DNA of 64,000 nucleotides from Botryllus schlosseri (Eukaryota): NCBI GenBank assembly GCA_051294905.1, contig CM119378.1, positions 992,001 to 1,056,000 of the forward strand, read 5' to 3'. Shown piece by piece: positions 46,817 to 60,680 of this stretch (position 1 is its first letter; each line of letters starts with the position of its first letter). The notes under the pieces were generated by a model. It saw only the letters and a program-made list of their open reading frames with translations, ran no database searches and was not told where the DNA came from. The position numbers and the translations under genes were made by a program.

Positions 46817-49800
46817 ATGGAGAGGATTGAAGAACTTCTCGTGTGTCCGGTGTGTTCGGATCGTTTCAAAGAACCAAAAGTGTTACCTTGTCAGCACACC
46901 TTCTGTTTGAGGCCCTGCCTGGAGAATATCCTCCATGATAACAGGTGACACTTTTTACCCTTAGAAGCATCAGTACCATACACATATTCTGAGCCCAAAT
47001 TTTCATAATGAATAGTCGTGTCGCAGCGATTCCTATCAGGTCGATCATTTTTACAATGATCTAAGGCAAAGTTTATTCGTTGTGTAATCTAATTCTTCCA
47101 GCCCTGATTTACCGCAGGCTTAATCACAAAATGCCAACCTGCGGTCCAGCTATTACTCGGGTCGTGATATGTTTCGGCGCTAGATCGCTAGCTTGGTCTA
47201 CATGGGACAGATATATTTTCAGTCAAAATATTTTCGAAGTCGGACTTTACGGTCTGACGGGTAATTAGGACCGGCTAATGCTAGCAGTCAATATATATTG
47301 GCGCATGAACTTTTTATGTTGATGTAATTCCAAGACAGCGCCATATACGTTCTGTCGAATCAAAACTTTGTAAGAATTATGACAGACACAATCATTGAAT
47401 AAAATGGTGCTATCTAATTTTTCTTATAAATCAAGGTAGCCTACTTTGTTTTAGTTCGATGTGTGTTTCAAACGTCATGTAGCCTACCTCGTTGGACAAT
47501 CTACACGAATTTCAATGTGTGTTTATCATTTGTGCTCAAAAAATGTCGCTGGATTTTATTCATGTTTTTGATTGATTGGTTGGTTAGTTAGTTATAAATG
47601 TCAATGTTGCTCAGAAATCGGAGGCCATCATGGATGCAGAGACTTTATCTCGTTAGTAATGTTATTACAAAATATAAACTACGAATTCCAAAGTTTGGTA
47701 AGTCCGTCGCGCGATCTAACTCATTAAAACTTGGCTGACACATCCGGCAGTGCTGAACATGCGCCGGAATCCATCTGAGAAAAAAATCTTCATTCAGTGT
47801 CCGATGCCCAATCTGTCGCGCTTGTCACAATCTTCCGCGTAATGGCGTAGAAGGACTGCCGTCAAATTTAACGATCGTGAACTTACTCGATTTTCCGAAT
47901 CAACAGCGACTGCTTCGACAATGCAAGGTTGGAAACTTCATTTTCGTGATTATGTTTTTGTAGATTTGCGTTGACGTATGGCGCGAGAAAAGCTGGTTTG
48001 GCCATAAACTATGATGATCAGATTTTGTCTTCTAAATCAGGAATGTGAAATGGAAAGTGGTGACGTGGCAATGTGTAAGCACTGTGACGAGTCATTGTGC
48101 AAAAGTTGCATTGCGAGGCATACAGGCGATTTGCAGCAAGATTTGCATCACTCTCTCATTCAGGTGTGACCCACAACTCTGCACGCATTCCGACGCTGCC
48201 TTTGTCTGCTCTAATTTCAGATCACCCGACTCGTTTCCAAGATCGCTGAATCAGATTTTGATTTACGAGAGAGAGCGAAGAAGTTGGAAGAAAATGGCAG
48301 GAATGTGAAACGTGAAATATCGCAGGTCGGTCGTCCGCGGTTTCTAACTGGTTTCGAGTTTCATCGATAATTCTTCCACAGTCGATAGAATGCTTCATCT
48401 CGGAACTACAGTCACGAAAGAAATGTCTGGTCGATGAAGTAGACGCGTTGGTCGCCACGGAAACCGGGTTCGTGAAGTTTGCGATCAACTGTTGCATTGA
48501 AAGAAATCAAGAGTTCCATTCAGATCATTGCTACGTGACCAGCAAAAGCTTGAAGTAAAAATGACGTCTTTGACGACTCACCGCCAGGTCTCTAGTGAGA
48601 TATGCAAACGACCTCTTACGCTTGAGAGGTGAGTTTCGCATTCAAGTTTACAGAGGTGGTCAGTAACGAACTAGGCTACTGCTATTTTTCCGAATGATTA
48701 TTAATAGGTATAGGGTTGCATGTAAAACAAATGGTAGTAAAACGCGTTTTTGTTTAAAACATGTTTTAAACACTGTTTCAAACAAAGGCCTTTAAAAAAA
48801 TTGTGTTATGGCATAATTGTAAAAATACTTTCCAAAAACATGTTGTATGAGCCTACGGACGATGAGCACTCGATATAGCCGACGTATATGATATGGGATG
48901 GTTGGAACCTTCAAAATAATTGGTTCAACAGCAATAGTACGTAGATATTTCGTCACAGGAGCTATATTCACCCTATATTTTCAATGGTAAATGTCAATCC
49001 ACTATGACGTCACAATTGAATATTCCTGACGTCCTGGCTTAAAAGAAAACTGAAAAAAAATAAAAAATAAAAACATGTTTTGTTTTAAACGCAACTCTTG
49101 TATCAGGAAGGGTTACATTTTAAACAAAAATCAATTTAAACAAACATGGTCGTTGTTTCAAATATGTTTTTTATTGTTTTTTAGTCTTGTTTTAGCCATG
49201 GCGTCACGAATCCTCAAGCATGACGTCATAGTCGATTGACATTGACAATTGAAAATATAGGGTAAATATGACTCCGTCAACGAAAAAGGCTTCCGACCAT
49301 TGTCATAAACAGACCAAAAATATTTTCAACCAGGACTACATCGTTCTGCAGCATTTTTACGGTCGGCGGTCATCATCATCAGAACAACCATTCTGTACCA
49401 ATGATCTTTGTCTACTTTCTATAGCTGTTGAACCGACGACAATTTCGAGGGTTCCAGCCGCTGCACGTCGTATACGTCGACTATATATTGGGTGCAAATC
49501 GTCACTACGCTCATGCTATAATAACTAGCCTTCGAGTATGGCCTCTATTTTCCCGAGATATAAAGAAGTGTAAATAGCATAGCTATTTTCGACCACCGTA
49601 TATTAGTTAACGTACTAATAACGCAAAGCGTTAATGTGGTATCCGATACAACTTTTCCACATTGCTCTTCGTTGAAACTTGAAACTGTGGGCCATAAAAT
49701 TGACGGCGCCGTTGACGGTATTTTCTGAAACTGACCACTAGGGTAAAACGAATGAGGATCGGTGTCGGCTCGTCCATCCACAATCCACATTGAATATAAG

Positions 49801-51350
49801 GAGTGCTAATTCCCCCAATTTATTGCGTGACACTTCAAGAGATATTTTTAAGCGAGTGATGGTGACGATCTCGCTTCTGCCCACTCTTCTGCTGATTTTT
49901 ATGTACTTTGTGAAATCAGCCTTTGGATATCAATGGACCATTGTGCCCCAATCAAATTTTCTCACCCACCACTTCTTTAGAGCAAAAACAAACAAACAAA
50001 AAATGAAATCGTAATCGTGCGCCTAAAATAGAATACAAGGCGACTAATAACTGCCCTGACTAAGCTGTGTACTAATTTCAACCAAAACAAATGAGTTATA
50101 CCAACCTAAAACACGATTGAGAGGTAGCGATATAAATTTACGCAGGTTAGCAAACTTAAGATACTCGTCATTTTCTCACAATAGCAGCGATCCTAGCGAA
50201 ATCAAACCACATCAGGATTACGGCTGTTGTATATTCTTCCTGTCGATGTACCATTGTGTCCCTGTCTTCATTGTGCCCCACCTACTACTTCTACTCGAAA
50301 GTGACTAGAATTTTTTGTCGCTGTTTTGACTTCTATTTGACTAGCTTTATTGTAAGTAGCACTTGAACTTCTCCTTAGCACCCACGAGATCCAGCAATTC
50401 CAGAGCGAAATACTTTGTTTGGCGCAACGAGGTCGCGAGCTTCTCCAAAGCAACGCGATCTCGTCGGACAAAGTTCGTCAAACGATACAGGTGAGCTAAG
50501 ATTTGGGAAACCGATACGTGGCGACACACAAATCAAAATATTTTCAGATCACTAATCGCAACGAAAATGTTGTTTCGTCCGCAATATCTAATTTCTGCAC
50601 CGTTTTCGCGCAAGCGCCGCTCACATTCGACGATGGCTTGGCCTCGGACGGGGGACCACGGATTCGGAGGACATCAGGTTTGCTCGCGAGTCTTTTTTGA
50701 CGCATTCTCAAAACGATTCCGTTCAGGACGACGGCAGCGCGATTCCCAATCATCAGGGGACGATGGTCGTGTGACAGAAGCCTTGTGTCAATATCGAAAC
50801 AAAGGACAAGTGAAAAGGTGAATGTTTTGTGTCGTCGTAAAGCCTGTTATGACTGTAGTAGAGGAGCGAAATCGTTGAAATGATTCTCTTCGCAGGTATT
50901 TCGGGGCGGAAGGCAATGGCGTAGGGCAGATGAAATGTCCACATGGCATTACCTCAACGGCCGCTGACGATATCATAGTCGCAGATAACGAAAACAATCG
51001 AATTCAGGTTCGTGGATTTCGTTTCAATAACTCGTTTTAATGATCATGCTTCAAGATCTTCGGTCATGTTTTAATTTTGTTTTTGTTTTTATTATTTATA
51101 TCTACTGTGTGAAGTTGATTTGTAATGTGGACAAATAAGTGATTCTCTCTCTCAAGATCTTCGACGTGAACGGACAAGTTAAGGGAGTCATCGGGAGCAA
51201 AGGTACATTAGAAGGTCAATTCAGTCGCGTGGATGACGTGTGTGTGACTCCACGTGGACGGATTGTCGCCTCGGACTTGTACAATCACCGAATCCAAATA
51301 TTTGACGAGCACGGGAGATTCGTACAGAAGTTCGGTAGCAGAGGATCAGG

Positions 51351-51392
<42 letters not shown>

Positions 51393-51999
51393 CGTCACAG
51401 TGGTCGATGATGGTGACGCTGATATTTGTTCAGGTGATGGCGAACTAATCTATCCTCAAGGGGTAGCGACGGACGATAAGGGACTGATTTACGTTTGCGA
51501 CGGAAGCAATCACCGAGTTCAAGTCTTCTCGGGGGAGGGAAAGTTCGTTCGGAAGTTCGGTTCGGAAGAGAACCGTTTGGAATATCCGAAATTTCTTTCC
51601 TTGACTTCAAACGGCAGAGTAAAAGACTCCTTAGTTCCATATAAACTCTCGTGACCTTTGACCTTTTCGTAGGTCGTTGTCAGCGAATTGAGAAAGCACC
51701 GAGTTCAGGTTTTCGACTCGTACGGCCGCCATCTTTTCCAATTTGGAACGGAAGGAACCAGCGAGTCTCAGTTCAACAAACCGCGAGGTGTCATCACAGA
51801 TCAACACGGCAACATTATCGTCAGCGACAAAGACAACCACCGGGTTCAGGTTTTTACGAAAGACGGAGCCTTCGTGACTTGTTTTGGGAGCGAGGGTTCT
51901 GAGCCGGGAGAGATGAAGGAGCCGCAAGGAGTTTGCCTTTTGTCAGACGGAGGCATCGCAATCAGTGAAGGCGTCAACACCAGAGTTCAAATCTTTTGA
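46817..51999 (+). CDS. TRIM-NHL protein, copy C (RING-HC, B-box, coiled coil, 6 NHL repeats), 13 exons, 608 aa
   Basis: Exons 46817-46944, 47798-47927, 48041-48163, 48221-48325, 48382-48467, 48524-48628, 50379-50490, 50548-50677, 50727-50817, 50896-51007, 51157-51349, 51434-51618, 51673-51999. All GT-AG; open 1827-nt frame starting MERIEELLVCPVC. Indels relative to A are multiples of 3. Confidence 0.9.
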
Positions 52000-53882
52000 G
52001 CAACGAGATTTTGGCGTTCGAACTGAAGATTTTCCCATTATGTTAATGTATTCTTTTCCTTTACGTTCGCGCGACATTGCGACCGGACTATGTTTGTTGG
52101 ATGTTCGGGACACATGTTACACCTAAGCCTGGTGAATCTTCAATTTGAAAACTGCCAGGAGTATAACACAGGGGTCGGTAACCTCCTGCACGTGAGATGA
52201 TTTTTCGAGTCACGCCAAATGAGTTAACGCACAAGACATATTATAACTATATGCTTTTGCGAAAAGTGAGTGTTTTAAAATGTACAAAGCTCGTAGGCGA
52301 CCCAAAGTTATTACGGAAATTATTTCAGAAATCAACATAAAATAGAGTCGTTTTAGGGTTAGGGAGATTACAGATTAGGGAGAGCCGAATTTGGGTTAGG
52401 GTCAGATTTTTCATTTATCCTGATGAATTTTTCCGCGCTTTGCGCGATTTACTTTTTCCTGATTTCGTGATTATAATGTTGGAGCAACCCCCCATATAAA
52501 GAGAAAATACATTTTCAAAATATGCATAATGTACAGAAATTAGTTAGCAATTATGAAAGCGGACTTGGTGATTTATTTTTCGTCATCGGGCTACCCGACC
52601 GGTAAAAAACAGTTTAAATTTGACTGTACTTCACCAAAGTTTAGTGCGATCCGCATTCGCCATAGTTCTGAATATGTTTGGCCATTAATTGCTCGGTCAA
52701 CAAATGGTTGCGCGTTAAAAAGTACATTTTTTCAGTCACAGGCAACTTTTACATAGGGGGGGGGGGATTTTAGCTCAAATATCAGCCGAGGGGGGTACGA
52801 GACGAAAAAGGTTGGGAACCACTGAGTTAGACGGTTGGTTTTCATTCAAGCTGTCATCTTACATCTTTCGGAATTAGCTTTGGTTTGAATAGAGGTCAAG
52901 TGTGTAGCAGATATAAGTACACAAGTAGCCTGTCATCAGCCAATAGGTGCAGTATTGTGAACTTGGAGTAATAGCGTTCGAATATATTCCCATCGCCTTA
53001 ATGAATAACTGGACTCACGGTAGAAGGTTTTCGAACCCAAGCAGTAGCCTATTTCACATGCTGAATGCGACAATTCATCAGTAACGAATTCGAATATACC
53101 AGTATACCGCCCAAATGTGTAGATTTAGTCGTAATATAGTTTTCCAGAGCCGGAGCGGACGAGTCCCCGTGTCATTATGGACGATGTTGATTGAGTTTTT
53201 ATACTTATAGTTATTTCGTCCGACATCTCCGGTAACCGTAACTGCCAACAACCAATACACGCTCATTCATTCCTGATCCCGATGAGCAGAGTATTACGAT
53301 GGCACCATAAATCGGATGGTAATTGTGTCGCTAGTCTGGTGACTTGTACTTCCGTTCTGCTTGACAATGCGTGTAAGAATGAAGGATAAAGCGAGCTACA
53401 GCAAGTAATAACGTGCTGTGGTCGTCAATCATCTGACAGAACTATCTATCGCCTGTGATCTCGGCTAGTTTGAATCCTTTGTGGCAGGGCTACGCAGCAA
53501 GTTTTGGGAAAGGTCTAGTTGCAAAAGTTCAAAATTTGTTCATGTGATACTCTCATGAAATAATTCACAGTTATACAAATACAACACTGTGTATTTATAT
53601 ACATACAATATCCGGTAAAGCGGTATTACCAAAAGCATTACGAGAACTGGATTGTTCTGTTAGTCACAACTGCAGAGCAGTGATGAAGCCTCACTATTCG
53701 AATTCGGACCGGATTTTCCACAATTTTATGTCAGTTGTATCGGATACGGAATCTATTCCAGATTTTGTTTTGGATATTTTCGGATAGCTAGAAGTGTGCC
53801 TTGATTACAGGTCAGAAGAAATAATAGTTGTCATCTTAATATCCAAACGCGCATAGTGAACAGCATGTGATAGGACTGGTAG

Positions 53883-54848
53883 CAGTGTTGGGATGACTCG
53901 AGTCATGACTTGACTCGAGTCAGACTCGAGTCAACTTTTTCTTATGACTTGACTTGACTCGAGTCACTTTGGAAAAATGACTTGACTTGACTTGACTCGA
54001 AGCTTCAAAAATGAGCATTGACTCGTGACTCGGAGCAAAATGTACGAGTCAATTTCAAGTCATCATGGAAACGGTGTCGAATAAATCCCTATATCTTGTG
54101 TAAGTTCGGATTGTTCGAGATACGCCGGTGTCACTTGTGAGAGCAACCAGTCATTCACTGATCGTACGATACACTGATCCTCGATTGTTAGATCACAAAT
54201 AAATAGACCGCAAACTAAACAATCACAGCTTGCGTTGTCGTAGTAGTAGTAGAAGATTACTCTAAAAGTCTAAATAGCAATGTGTCTCTGTTTCTTAGAC
54301 GGATCAATGCTTACGTTGCGCAGTGCTCACCTTTACCAACCTTTATGTATGATTTAAATCAAACAAATATAGTTTGTGCGTTTATTTACTCACGGATATG
54401 TAGATGTAGATTAGGTCCTATAATTTGGCTGATAATAACTGACTGTAGCATGTGACTGTACAGTTCCTCAGGTATTTTATTAACAGTTCTACGTGTGCGT
54501 GAGTGATACAACGTCTTTTCGCATATATATTTAACTAGATATTCGTTATTTTATTCAATATATATGATCATCATTGATCAATTAATCTGTCTTTCACATA
54601 GCTAGCAAAGTGTAATGTCTTTGAATCATCACTCATACATCGAAAATTCAATTTGACTCGAATTGTGACTTCACTCGTGACTTGACTTGACTTGACTCGA
54701 CTTGACTCGAGTCACCTCCAAAAAACGAGTAACTTGACTTGACTCCAGTCACCTTTGAAAATCGATTGACTGGACTTGACTCGAGTCAAAATATGCAATG
54801 ACTCGAGATGACTCGTGACTCGAAGGTAGTGACTTGATCCCAACACTG
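53883..54848. mobile_element. hAT-type MITE with GACTT repeats
   Basis: TIR CAGTGTTGGGAT; perfect TSD ACTGGTAG. Confidence 0.9.
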
Positions 54849-55125
54849 ACTGGTAGAACACTGCCTTGCTAGGAAACTATATATCTGCCAACCCTAACCA
54901 TAGCCTTTGTGAAGGCTATGCCCTAACTGCATCTGAAATCAGCTTATAGTTGGGATTATTCAACAAAAGTTATGCAATTCGGATTCTTGAACGAGATTTG
55001 TCGGATTGGCGTGGATTTTTGGATGAGAAACTTCGGAATAAGACGAACTGTTCCGTAGAGACTCAACCTGTCAGACGGATTCGGATTCTCGAAGATTAAG
55101 ATCCGTTAGTCACTATACTATAAAG

Positions 55126-56353
55126 CAGAGGTCTCAAACACGCGGCCCGTCAGAGCATTTTGTGCGGCCCGCGACGACATTTTAGATTTTTATTAATTTG
55201 ACAATATATAAGTGTCACGTATATCTTTTCAGGATATAAAGTGAAAATTCCCTCTGAAATTGGTCCGAAAGCCAAACTATTCATCAAACTTCACTATCAC
55301 AGCAATTGCAAACGCTACCATGCATGTGAAAGATTCACTATTTCGCCGCATTTGGTAATATTCATAATGACAAAACCTGACGATTCGTGACTGAAATTTG
55401 TGAGTTGGACTTGGACGCGACCTTTCTTAGAATTACTCAGACTCGGGCTTACTCGATGGCAAAATGAAAATGACTCGAGTGGACTTGGAGTGACTCGGAA
55501 TGCCGTAAATTTGTTAGAACCATGGACGAAACAAACTAATCGCGTTTCAAGGGAATAGTAATAGATCAGAAGGTCGCATTTCAGGGGAATAGTAATAGAT
55601 CAGAAGGTCGCAGCTTGGTATTTCGCTAACTAAGCAAGTAGCTATGGCAACCATTGGCAATCTGTTAGTTACATCTTTGGTCGCTAAACCATGTTATTAA
55701 GGCCACTCAAAGGTACCGAGTACCGTAGTGGTACGCTCCAACGATGTAACAGCAATGGGTAGTTCGGCGTTCCGACATTTCAATCACTATCGGGCACATT
55801 CATTAATATATTTATATTATATTTATATTTTTTCTGTTCCTATATTTGAAGATATTTGGCCATGAGATTAATAGCCTAGGCCTACTTATCAGAAGTATAC
55901 CCGAATCCTGGATTGGAATTACAATGCTCAACTTAAAAATGTTTTGATATCAGATCAGTCTCTATTATCAATCTGTTAGATTCAAAATATTAATAGCAGC
56001 TGAAAATTATAACCCGGTAGCTTTTATGATGGCATCATATATTTGTCCGTCCATATGGTGTCTATATCTAATAGTTAATATATATCTAGTACAACTAAAA
56101 TTCTATTCAAATAGTTATAAATGCGATGATTCTTTTCGTGTCAGGCTTAAATAGATACAAGAGTAAATCACATTTTGACGATGTGTATTTACTGTCAGTC
56201 TGCTGGATCGGCTCACTTTCAATAGGGCAATTCATTCCCGCCAAATAAGGCCTACATGGAAAGACATAGAATACCACTAATAGATGCTGCGGCCCACGGC
56301 GTCGTCAACACTGGAAAACTGGCCCGCAAGCACATTTGAGTTTGAGACCTCTG
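55126..56353. mobile_element. hAT (Buster-like) non-autonomous element
   Basis: TIR CAGAGGTCTCAAAC / GTTTGAGACCTCTG; perfect TSD CTATAAAG. Confidence 0.88.
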
Positions 56354-56813
56354 CTATAAAGGGAGGTAATTGGAATTTATTGACGTAGTGTTTTTGAGAA
56401 TCAACGATATTGGATTTGGTTTTGTTAAGAAATAGGTAAATACTGAGACAGATAAGGTTCGTACTCAACACTGGAAAGGTCAGCATTCGGAACAGAGTGT
56501 GTTACTGTGCATTCACACCCCTGTACCACCTTTTGGGTGTGAATACACACTCTTTCCGCTAAGAATGTGAACGCAACTCCACGGTACAGCGACCCCACAG
56601 TCTACACGTTAGTTCTTGACCTGACAGGTTTCACGAATGTACAATTGTACATTGTTCAATGACAGTTGCCTCTTCCAGGTACATTAATCGGGTAAAGTAT
56701 ACTTCAATAGCCAGCCAACCGCTCGTTTGTTTTAAGACAACAGGCGCAATAATCGCGCAACAATAACAAAAAGCACATTCCTGCTGCGCTGAACTTCATC
56801 AATACAGCAACAG

Positions 56814-58047
56814 ATGGAAGTTTCTCCGTTGATCATGATATGGTTTTGGGCGTTGAGCTGCTGTGCGCTCGGCGCCGATGCCGCGTCGGTGATCAGCAGA
56901 GGAAATGAAACAGTCAATGGAACAGCTGCGAGCAAACCAGAAGATCATGTCGTAGTTGCAACCACCTTAGGTAAATGCAGGATTTGACTGTTGATGTTGG
57001 CCTATTGCGATGTGTATGTTGCTTCGCAGCCTCTATGACAGAGATGTCATTCACGGAATGTGACGCAGAGTTCTGTTTTAGCGACGCCTTGTCGGACAAC
57101 GACGACGACGATAGCAACAACAACAACAACAACAACAGTATCAACAACGACAGTTATCGCACCTGCAAACCTGGTTGCTGTGATGTCACCAACGTTACTC
57201 ATGCTTGTGATGGTTATCTTTGCTATGTGCGGCAATGCTTTTGACTGCAAAAGGTGAGGAACGGTACGTGGCCTATAAGCTTCGTAACCACTTCCTGTAA
57301 TATACCCAAGCAGACCACACCCCATTGCAACATTTAACCCTATATCTACATATGACTTACAGGCACGCATACTCTTTCCGTAGCGAACTAGTGATTCAAG
57401 ACAGAGTCGGAACAGAACGGCGAACGCCAAGACTTTTTATAAATTTATTCCTATCGGCTGGTCGTGCGAAGCGCAAAATGTTTTCTAATCTAATGAATTA
57501 TTTGCCGATAATAATTAAATCCGTTTTTGGTTCATGTGATCAGATTTAGCGTAGACCCGATGAAGGTTTCGACCTGGAAAATTTAAAATTGAACTTTTTA
57601 AAGCCATGTGTAATATGCCATACGGATAAGACTAAAAGGTCATCACTTCGGAGTTTTTGTGCGCAGCTTAGATTTTCTGTGCGCAGAGACCGTGTCAGCA
57701 CTGCGCAATTGCGCACGTGCGCAGTTTAGAAGGAACACTGGTTCTGCTGACACACTTCGTCGTCGGCCAATTACTATGAAAATAACCAACGCATGTAACC
57801 TTTCGTTCTGTATTCTGTTATGGAAATTGAACGGAACTGCGTGAATATTTTGTGGTTCAAATCGTGAATGAAACGTTGCAGGACTACTCAGATATCGGAG
57901 CCTATTTCGTACGACTTCTCAAGTTACGTGAACCGCATCAATGCCGACTTTGAATGGGCGATCTCAGTGCCGAGCGTGCCGCTAGTCCACGGAGCCCTAC
58001 TGCGTTCATCAGATGACGACTGTGCCGCTCATTCGACCGCGGTTTAA
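56814..58047 (+). CDS. Small mucin-like type I membrane protein, 3 exons, 164 aa, no recognised family
   Basis: Exons 56814-56970, 57082-57253, 57882-58047 (GT-AG, phases 1 and 2). Signal-peptide-like N-terminus MEVSPLIMIWFWALSCCALGADA, two NxT sequons, Thr-rich stalk, hydrophobic span LVAVMSPTLLMLVMVIFAMC, then KR and a tail ending HSTAV*. In-frame TGA upstream of the ATG. Confidence 0.68.
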
Positions 58048-58793
58048 ACCGTCACTCTTATCAGGCCAACTTGGATTTGAGTTGTGGAGGGACTGTAGAT
58101 TTTATGACTTGGCAACTAAAAAAACACCCTCACAGTCATATATCACGTCGGTTTTCTACATTGCTGCACAATGAACCGGTTATGTGGCGATATTCGTGAA
58201 AACCGGTTGTATTGAGAGCGATCGAGTGTTATGTTCCTTTCCACTCGTATCCTTTGCGACTGATTTGCATAGGATTAGTATAAGGCTGGGCACTGTGATT
58301 CGAGTACTGGAATCTGAATTGAGGATTAAATTTATTATTCCAGTCGAGTGGTGAAAGATGATTTTTAGAGTTGGGTTGGTGGTTATTCTCATTTGCTCAT
58401 TTGTTATCGTGTTCGTAATCACGTTCGTGTTCGGGACTTGCACAAACCGAATCGAATATCGTCGGGATAGGCATTTTGTTCGCACTCGTGACTTTTGTTC
58501 GCGATTAGTTGAAAGTGGGAAACGTGACACTTCGTTTTGTAAATCAATGAGCTGCTTATCTGCAGAAAGATTCCTCGATCTAAATTTGTTACCGACAATT
58601 TCTGGCTAGTAATATTGCAGTGCAAGCGGAAATCCAGACAATATGGTAATAAAATTGCGGAATGAATATTTGATCATGGCTTGATTAATTTAGAGTTGAA
58701 AACGAATCAAATACTTTTTTCGAGGCCTATACGTTTTCCACATACAGCCCACGACAACTACACTACGCTATGGCCAATCTCATAATTGTTCTA

Positions 58794-60073
58794 GAGGTGG
58801 TCAGTAACGAAGTACTTCTACTTTTTCGAAGTACTCAAGTAGTTTTCCGCTACTTGCGGTACTTACTCGAGTAAATCTTATTTCCGCTACTTCTACTTCT
58901 ACTTCATAAAATTTCGTGATCTACTTACTTACTTCTCGCTATTTTCAGTTTGTCAAGTAGAAGTAGTGTAATCCTCCAATCAAAACGATAACCTGACGAA
59001 TTTCGGGGCTGTTTTCGCGGAGTACCAACATTTAATTTTCATAGAAGTTAAGTAAAGACTAGATTTTTCGTCGCGCTTCGCGCGCAGTAGGCTACATATA
59101 TGGAGTGACAAGTATGTTTTCACGAAAGTATCGGTGATTATATTTTAGGTAACGGGTTGTGTGGTTACATTCACGCCGCATTGTCGCCCATATGAAATAT
59201 TTCATCATATTAAGTATGGCACATATGTTTGAAACTACCGATTCGCAATCTAGCAATTACCTATCATATCGTGATCTAGCAGCCCATGGCGTGTGTCCTA
59301 ATCTGGAAAAGTGGACTCCAGACTTTTTTGTGCGTTAGACCTGTTTTAGCAGAATACCGTTAATACTTTCTGGACATGAGACATAAAATAAATTTTCCTC
59401 TTTTTGGAAGTAGTATTGGTATTATTTCTCTTTCAATTCCAAGTATCATAATTTAAGTTCTAATTGGTTTCAGTTCATTTTTTCTGAAGATCATGCATGA
59501 TGAGGTATAAAAGCAAGTGTAGTAATGCCTCTATTTTCCGAAAATATAGCTACACTATATGACATTTTTACGATTCAACCTATTTTTATTAACGTATACT
59601 AATCGCCCAAAGTGTTAACACCGTATCAGATACAACTTCTCCGTGATGCTCTTCGACTCAACTACGGGCCTTATAATATGGGGGAGGGCCCCATGCCTAG
59701 ATATGTTCTAAGAGTAAACAAAGGATCAGTACAGCATTTCCATATCATCACTATCATTTGCATCACATGTTGCGGACCAATGGTTATGCTGTCAAAAATT
59801 GATATCTCCTGGGATGCATCAATATGAATCAAGCTCTCTACACCTTCCGCATTGCTCAATTTGCATCTTTTGACAGTCCATGAGAACGAATTACGACCAT
59901 TTTCACAACTACCTACTTACTTGAGTAGATTTAAAGTCAGTCAATTCTACTTCTACTTCAAGTAGTTTTAGGTTGCTTTCAAACTAAGTACTTCTACTCG
60001 TACTTGAGTAGATTTCGCGTCGCAACTTCTACTTCTACTTGAGTAGCTTTATTGACTACTTTGACCACCTCTG
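58794..60073. mobile_element. TIR element with TACTT subterminal repeats
   Basis: AGAGGTGGTCA / TGACCACCTCTG ends. Relatives at 13808-14077, about 33800-35540 (inverted), about 38998 and about 48650. Confidence 0.75.
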
Positions 60074-60680
60074 GACTTCTAATCGTCGCGTCTATCTACC
60101 AGCTATTTAAGCAGTTAGTGAGAGCGAACTCACGTCAAATCCTTGGCTGTATGCTCAATGCCATACAGTTTTTTCCCGAAAGTATATAAAGATTCGCGGT
60201 ACACCTGAGAATCATCAAGACACACAGTTCTAGAATCGCTTTTATTTAGGCATGTAGGATGAGTGTATAATACTAACCTTGATAAGAAGTAAACAACATG
60301 CCAAGGCAGTGGTGCACGTAAATTGGTTGGAATTGTTTAAAGCTCCCTTAACCGAACGTTATAAGAGATACCAAAACTTCGTCCAACAAGGTTTGGTCTG
60401 CAGAACTGCGACCTAATGGCTTGATGCTATTCTTTAATAACGAATACAAATACTCGATTTCATATTTATGCTCGATTGTACATTTTAATGTGCAACGACT
60501 CTTTCTATCGCTCCACCATATCTGTTTCTCTCTGACCAATCAACACACGGTGAAATCCCCAATTAAGATTTCAAGGCGTTCGATAAGTCCGGTAACCCTA
60601 ATTTACCAAGACATCATTTCATTAGGGTTGAGTAGGTGACGAGATAGCGTCGTTGTTCAACTGTGTGGCCTAATTAATCT

